DNA from: Marine Group I thaumarchaeote
GTDB lineage: Archaea > Thermoproteota > Nitrososphaeria > Nitrososphaerales > Nitrosopumilaceae
Reading direction: 5' to 3'
Length of the DNA: 10,899 nt
Assembly: GCA_044358425.1 (NCBI GenBank)
Contig: CP054849.1
Coordinates: 609,663-620,561, forward strand
The position numbers were made by a program, and so were the translations under genes. Within the stretch, counting starts at the first letter, position 1. Each line of letters begins with the position of its first letter. The notes under the pieces are model-generated. The model did no database searches, had not been told where the DNA came from, and saw nothing but the letters and a program-made list of their open reading frames with translations. Positions 6,130-10,899 of the stretch are shown here, piece by piece.

Positions 6130-8727
6130 TTGAAAAATAATTTATTGAAATCAGTATTCATTATTGCAATAGTGGCAGTTGCCATGATTGGAGTTATGGT
6201 TCCAAATTCTGATGCATTTATCACAAACCAAATCCCCGAATTATCTCTTGGGACCATAAATATTGCAGGTCATCATATTATTCCATCATCTGGAGATAAT
6301 CCATCCACATTTGATTCTGATGGTAACTTGTGGGTTGCAGAAACTGATAACAATCGTATTGTCAAATATCCTGTAGATAATTTGGGAATGTATGGCTATT
6401 ATACTGTTGTACTAGGACAATATAATCTTGGAACCAATTTTGAAAATAACGGAGGTATAAGTTCATCTTCACTTAATGCGCCAAACGGATTAACATTTGA
6501 CTCGTCAGGTAACTTGTGGGTTGCAGATTCTGGAAACAGTCGAGTTCTAAAATATCCTGCAGATAACCTTGCAACTGGTGGTGCTGCAACGGTCGCACTA
6601 GGGCAAACTGACTTGACAACCAAGGATCACGGAACAATTAGCTCACCTTACTCTCATTCTGCAAAAACTTTTCATAATCCTACAGACATCGCCATTGACT
6701 CAACTGGTAATATCTGGATTAGTGAATGGAACAATCATCGTGTTTTAAAATTATATACGTCCAACCTTAAGATTGGCGGTGCTGCATCTGTCGTACTGGG
6801 ACAAACTGACTTTACATCAAAAACACTTGGCAACACTGCAACTACTCTTCGTGAGACTGCTGGTATTGAATTTGACTCGTCAGGCAACTTGTGGGTTACT
6901 GATACTGGGGGTCATCGAGTTCTAAAATATCCCGTAGCTAACCTTGCAACTGGCGGTGCTGCAACTGTTGCACTAGGACAAGTTGACTTGACATCAATGG
7001 CTACTGGCAATACTGCAACAACTGTTGATACTCCGGAATACATTACATTTGATTCAGATGGAAACTTGTGGCTTTCTGACCGAGATAATCATCGAGTTCT
7101 AAAATATCCTGCAGCTAACCTTGCAACTGGCGGTGCTGCAACTGTTGCACTAGGACAAGCTGACTTGACATCAAAGGCTACTGGCAACACTGCAACAACT
7201 CTGGATGCTCCAAGAGGATTAGATTTTGATTCGTCAGGTAACTTGTGGGTTGTAGATGGAAATAATCATCGAGTTCTAAAATATCCTGCAGCTAACCTTG
7301 CAACTGGCGGTGCTGCAACTGTTGCACTAGGACAAGCTGACTTGACATCAAAAGCAAGTGGAACTACTGCAACAAAATTTTTGGATCTACGAAGTCTTGA
7401 ATTTGATTCAGATGGTAACTTGTGGGTTGCAGATAAAAATAATAGACGCATATTGATGTTTCCTGAAGCCAATCTTGTAACTGGCGGTGCTGCCACACTA
7501 GTTTTAGGTCAGCCTGATTTTACATCCAATACTCAAAACACTGCTGCTAATGGTGGGCTTGCTTCAACATCTCTGGATACTGTAACAGGTTTGGCATTTG
7601 ACTCCTCAGGGGACTTGTGGGTTGTAGATGATGGAAATCACAGAGTAATGAAGTATCAAAACATTACTGGTTCACAAAGTACATCTTCAATTTCTACAGG
7701 CGATAACAGCATAACTTTGGATACATTCACCACTAGTTTTACCTCCAGTAATTCAATTACAGGTAACAAAGTTGATGTCCAATCATCAACAACCAATCCC
7801 ACTGGAAATTCCACTATTAGTGGTACTCCTATATCAAATTACTTTACTGTGGAAACCAACACTCCTGGATTATTATCTTCAAGAACTGTACAACTAACTT
7901 ACACTGACAGTGAAGTTGGAGATTTAGACGAATCAACACTTCAAATTAATCGATTTTCAGATAACGTGTGGACTGTTTTAGATACTACAGTTAATCTAAT
8001 TACAAATACATTGACTGCAACAACTCCTGGTTTTTCAACATTTTCTATTTCTGGCTTTTCTCCCAGCTCTAGTTCTGGAAATGGTGGTGGAAATAATTGT
8101 GATTCAAATGGATTTGGAAATAATAATTCTTTAAGAGTGTATCAGGTTATGTATGATGTTGAAACAAATGAAGTTCAAGTTCATGCATATTCTACATGTG
8201 GTTCATTACAAACCAAAATAACTACTCCAACTGGACAAAGTATTTTGGGATTGTCTACTGAACAACCATACCTTGATGATAGAATTCTAATTTATTCCGG
8301 AGTCATTGATGAATCCGATGAAAAATTTAACATTTCAATTCAGAATAAAAGACACTCTTTCACTGAAACATTTTACATTAATGACAAATCAATTACCAAG
8401 AAATATACTGGAACCACTGGATATACATCTGAACAACAAGGGTCAACATTACCAACTGTTACATCTAAACAAACTACTGTTGTCTCTGAACCATCTGTAA
8501 CGCCAATTGTTCAAACTATCAAAGACCCAATTATAATAGACTCTAAAAAACAAATTCCTGATGAAAAATCAAACATTCTAAAAGTACAGTCAATTGAATA
8601 TACTCCAGAACCAGTTGCAGAAGAAACCAAGCCTCAATGTGGAGTAGGAACCAAATTAGTAGATGGAATTTGTAAAATAATTAAAACTGATGAGCCAAAA
8701 TTCTGCTTTTTGTTTTGGTGCTGGTAA
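6130..8727 (+). CDS. Secreted or cell-surface NHL-type repeat beta-propeller protein with PGF-pre-PGF-like domain (865 aa, TTG start)
   Basis: Signal-peptide-like N-terminus. Eight FDSxGNLWVxDxxNxRVLKY repeats, Ser/Thr linkers, the LDESTL...W..L.T...TATTPGFSTFSIS domain, and a Cys/aromatic C-terminus. Confidence 0.9.
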   Translation: MKNNLLKSVFIIAIVAVAMIGVMVPNSDAFITNQIPELSLGTINIAGHHIIPSSGDNPSTFDSDGNLWVAETDNNRIVKYPVDNLGMYGYYTVVLGQYNLGTNFENNGGISSSSLNAPNGLTFDSSGNLWVADSGNSRVLKYPADNLATGGAATVALGQTDLTTKDHGTISSPYSHSAKTFHNPTDIAIDSTGNIWISEWNNHRVLKLYTSNLKIGGAASVVLGQTDFTSKTLGNTATTLRETAGIEFDSSGNLWVTDTGGHRVLKYPVANLATGGAATVALGQVDLTSMATGNTATTVDTPEYITFDSDGNLWLSDRDNHRVLKYPAANLATGGAATVALGQADLTSKATGNTATTLDAPRGLDFDSSGNLWVVDGNNHRVLKYPAANLATGGAATVALGQADLTSKASGTTATKFLDLRSLEFDSDGNLWVADKNNRRILMFPEANLVTGGAATLVLGQPDFTSNTQNTAANGGLASTSLDTVTGLAFDSSGDLWVVDDGNHRVMKYQNITGSQSTSSISTGDNSITLDTFTTSFTSSNSITGNKVDVQSSTTNPTGNSTISGTPISNYFTVETNTPGLLSSRTVQLTYTDSEVGDLDESTLQINRFSDNVWTVLDTTVNLITNTLTATTPGFSTFSISGFSPSSSSGNGGGNNCDSNGFGNNNSLRVYQVMYDVETNEVQVHAYSTCGSLQTKITTPTGQSILGLSTEQPYLDDRILIYSGVIDESDEKFNISIQNKRHSFTETFYINDKSITKKYTGTTGYTSEQQGSTLPTVTSKQTTVVSEPSVTPIVQTIKDPIIIDSKKQIPDEKSNILKVQSIEYTPEPVAEETKPQCGVGTKLVDGICKIIKTDEPKFCFLFWCW
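6301..7659 (+). repeat. Intragenic tandem repeats, 8 units, core period 177 bp (59 aa)
   Basis: Equivalent positions at 6352, 6538, 6736, 6913, 7090, 7267, 7444, 7639. 7085-7175 and 7262-7352 are identical over 91 bp. Confidence 0.92.
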
Positions 8728-8760
8728 AATCATGTTGAATTTCTAATATGATTGCAGTTG

Positions 8761-8849
8761 GAATTAGGCATATTTTTTAGTAATAATTTCTCATTTTGGG
8801 TCAATTCTTTTGATATTTTGTGCCTAATTCGATCTAGAGGCTTTAAATA
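8761..8849 (+). promoter_or_regulatory. trp operon promoter region: 10-bp inverted repeat followed by TATA box
   Basis: GAATTAGGCA 8761-8770 / TGCCTAATTC 8821-8830. TTTAAATA at 8842-8849, about 27 nt before GTG 8876. Confidence 0.6.
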
Positions 8850-8875
8850 TTAAACAGTGAAAAATTTGTTTATGG

Positions 8876-10225
8876 GTGGACACCTTTGGAAATGCACAAG
8901 CAAAAGTAATACCTCTAGATTTATCTGAAAATCAATTTCAAATTTATAATAAAATATCTCGAAATTATTCTCATTCGTTTCTCTTTGAATCCCTATCTGG
9001 ACCTGAGGTTTTAGCTGAAACATCTGTTATGGGATTTGATCCTAAAATTATTTTTAAAGGATATCCTGATAAAGTCGAAATAATTGAAAATAATGAAACA
9101 ACTACCATTCAAACTAATGATCCATTTGTAGAATTAAAAAAATTATTGGGTCAATCAGATGATCAAAAATATCGATACCTTGGTGGTGCAGTTGGAGTAG
9201 TAAATTATGATTCAATTAGGTTAGTTGAAGATATTTCAGAAGAAAATAATTTATCTCAACCAATAATGGAATTTGGAATATATGATGATGGTCTGTTATA
9301 TGACAATGTTGAAAAAAAATTATTTTATTTTTATCATGATGTAAATCGATTTGATCAATTAATTGTAAGTGATGATTCATTTGATGAATTTAATTCTAGT
9401 GAAGTCACTCCTAATATGAATAAAGAAAAATTTTCAAGTATTGTAAATAAAGCAAAACAGTATATTCACGATGGTGATATTTTCCAAGTAGTTTTATCTC
9501 GTAAATTTGCATTTGACACTAGTGGTGATAATCTGACCTTATACAAAACATTACGAAAATTAAATCCATCCCCATACATGTATCATTTAAAACAAGATTC
9601 TAAGACTATAATTGGTGCTTCTCCAGAAATGTTAGTTAGAATTACCGATGATAAAGTAGAAACTTTTCCAATTGCTGGAACTAGAAAAATAACTGATAAT
9701 GAAGAAAAGAACAAGGCATTATCTGAAGAATTAATTCATGATGAAAAGGAATTAGCTGAACATACAATGCTTGTAGATTTAGGGCGAAATGACATTGGTA
9801 GAGTATGTAAATTTGGCACTGTACATCCAGAATCACTTATGCAAATAAAGCGATTTAGTCATGTACAACATATTGTTAGTCATGTAGTTGGTAATTTGGA
9901 CTCAAAAAATGATATGTTTGATGCATTTCAGGCAGTATTTCCTGCTGGAACTGTCTCTGGTGCACCAAAAGTACGTGCAATGCAGATAATTGATGAATTA
10001 GAGGGAGAAGAACGCGGTCCATATGCTGGAGCAGTAGGTTATTTTTCATATAATGGATGTTGTGATTTTGCAATTGCAATTAGAAGTATTTTCATTGATG
10101 GTAACAAAGGATTTGTGCAATCTGGTGCCGGTATTGTTTCAGATTCAGTTGCAGAAAATGAATTTAAAGAAACTGAACACAAAGCAGGTGCAATGCTTCA
10201 AGCATTAAAGGAGGCTTCTAATTGA
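8876..10225 (+). CDS. trpE: Anthranilate synthase component I
   Basis: FLFES, GDIFQVVLS, NPSPYMY, GASPEMLV, PIAGT, KELAEHTMLVDLGRND, FPAGTVSGAPK, RGPYAGAVGY and GAGIV motifs. Precedes trpG and trpD. Confidence 0.96.
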   Translation: MDTFGNAQAKVIPLDLSENQFQIYNKISRNYSHSFLFESLSGPEVLAETSVMGFDPKIIFKGYPDKVEIIENNETTTIQTNDPFVELKKLLGQSDDQKYRYLGGAVGVVNYDSIRLVEDISEENNLSQPIMEFGIYDDGLLYDNVEKKLFYFYHDVNRFDQLIVSDDSFDEFNSSEVTPNMNKEKFSSIVNKAKQYIHDGDIFQVVLSRKFAFDTSGDNLTLYKTLRKLNPSPYMYHLKQDSKTIIGASPEMLVRITDDKVETFPIAGTRKITDNEEKNKALSEELIHDEKELAEHTMLVDLGRNDIGRVCKFGTVHPESLMQIKRFSHVQHIVSHVVGNLDSKNDMFDAFQAVFPAGTVSGAPKVRAMQIIDELEGEERGPYAGAVGYFSYNGCCDFAIAIRSIFIDGNKGFVQSGAGIVSDSVAENEFKETEHKAGAMLQALKEASN

Positions 10226-10812
10226 AATTTTTAATTATTGATAATTATGATTCATTTGTTTACAATATTGCTCAATACCTTGGAGAATTAGGTGTTGACT
10301 GTGATGTGTTTAGAAATGATAAAATCACTATTTCACAAATTAAAGAAAATAATTATGATGGAATAATAATTTCACCAGGACCCGGAACTCCTGAGGATAA
10401 AAAATATTTTGGAATATGTAGTGATGTGATCAAAGACATTGGTCCAAAAATTCCAATTTTAGGAGTTTGTCTTGGTCATCAGGGAATCATAGATGCATTT
10501 GGTGGTAAAGTTACAAACGCAGGTTGTGTACGACATGGAAAAACTAGTCAAGTAAAACACACTAATTCAGAATTATTCAAAGATGTAAAAAATCCTTTTA
10601 GGGCAACTAGATATCACAGTTTAGTTGGAGATAAAACAATAATCCCTGATGTTTTAGAAGTTACTGCAACTGCAAATGATGATGGTGAAATAATGGCAAT
10701 TAGACACAAGGAATTTTTAATTCAAGGAGTTCAATTTCATCCTGAATCAATTATGACTGAAGATGGTAAAAAAATTCTTGGCAATTTCATTAGACAGGTA
10801 AAGGAAAAATGA
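10222..10812 (+). CDS. trpG: Anthranilate synthase component II (class I glutamine amidotransferase)
   Basis: IDNYDSF, SPGPG, GVCLGHQ, RYHSL and QFHPES motifs. TTG start overlaps the trpE stop (TTGA). SD-like AAGGAGG at 10208-10214. Confidence 0.96.
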   Translation: MKFLIIDNYDSFVYNIAQYLGELGVDCDVFRNDKITISQIKENNYDGIIISPGPGTPEDKKYFGICSDVIKDIGPKIPILGVCLGHQGIIDAFGGKVTNAGCVRHGKTSQVKHTNSELFKDVKNPFRATRYHSLVGDKTIIPDVLEVTATANDDGEIMAIRHKEFLIQGVQFHPESIMTEDGKKILGNFIRQVKEK

Positions 10813-10899
10813 TTTCAGATTATATTGAAAAATTAGAGAAAAAAATTGATCTCACATATGATCAAATGAATGAAATAATGAATCAAGTATTATCTGGAA
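10809..10899 (+). CDS. trpD: Anthranilate phosphoribosyltransferase, N-terminus (3' truncated by window)
   Basis: ATGA overlap with the trpG stop. MISDYIEKLEKKIDLTYDQMNEIMNQVLSG fits the TrpD N-terminal helices (L....DLT......M..I.SG) and operon context. Confidence 0.8.
   Translation, partial: MISDYIEKLEKKIDLTYDQMNEIMNQVLSG

Noticed and set aside
6301-7659. Diversity-generating retroelement template/variable repeat pair
   Set aside because: Differences are not adenine-specific, all repeats are in-frame coding, and no reverse transcriptase is in the window.
6399-8500. ORFs 6399-6623(-), 7266-7496(-) and 8306-8500(+)
   Set aside because: Antisense or alternate-frame shadows of the 865-aa gene.
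9876-10079. 67-aa minus-strand ORF
   Set aside because: Antisense shadow within trpE.
8876-10812. pabB/pabA assignment
   Set aside because: The NPSPYM Trp-feedback motif and the coupled trpD-like gene favour trpE/trpG.

Overview
AT-rich window from what is very likely a Nitrosopumilus-like ammonia-oxidising archaeon (Nitrososphaerota). This is inferred from the IPSWIKNNAGWW-type repeat domain, a PGF-pre-PGF-like domain, and TATA boxes about 24-30 nt ahead of start codons. From left to right it holds the 3' end of a HAD hydrolase, a DUF523(TudS)-DUF1722 fusion (YbgA/RudS-like), and a patch of short hypothetical genes (SHOCT protein, three Cys/His micro-proteins, a putative winged-helix protein, a nonsense-interrupted remnant). 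These are followed by an 865-aa secreted NHL-type repeat protein and the start of the trp operon (trpE, trpG, partial trpD). The most interesting unannotated signals are: (i) a GC-enriched structured-RNA candidate at ~1368-1457 behind a 21-bp-periodic array of TGTAA-N3-TTACA-like boxes; (ii) a ~120-nt minus-strand unit at ~4129-4249 with a 22-aa Trp-containing micro-ORF and terminator; (iii) a TTAGGCA motif found only in intergenic DNA, including an inverted pair at the trp promoter; and (iv) constant-scaffold, variable-loop 177-bp repeats plus an unusual CFLFWCW C-terminus in the surface protein. All family calls are by-eye motif recognition, not database searches.
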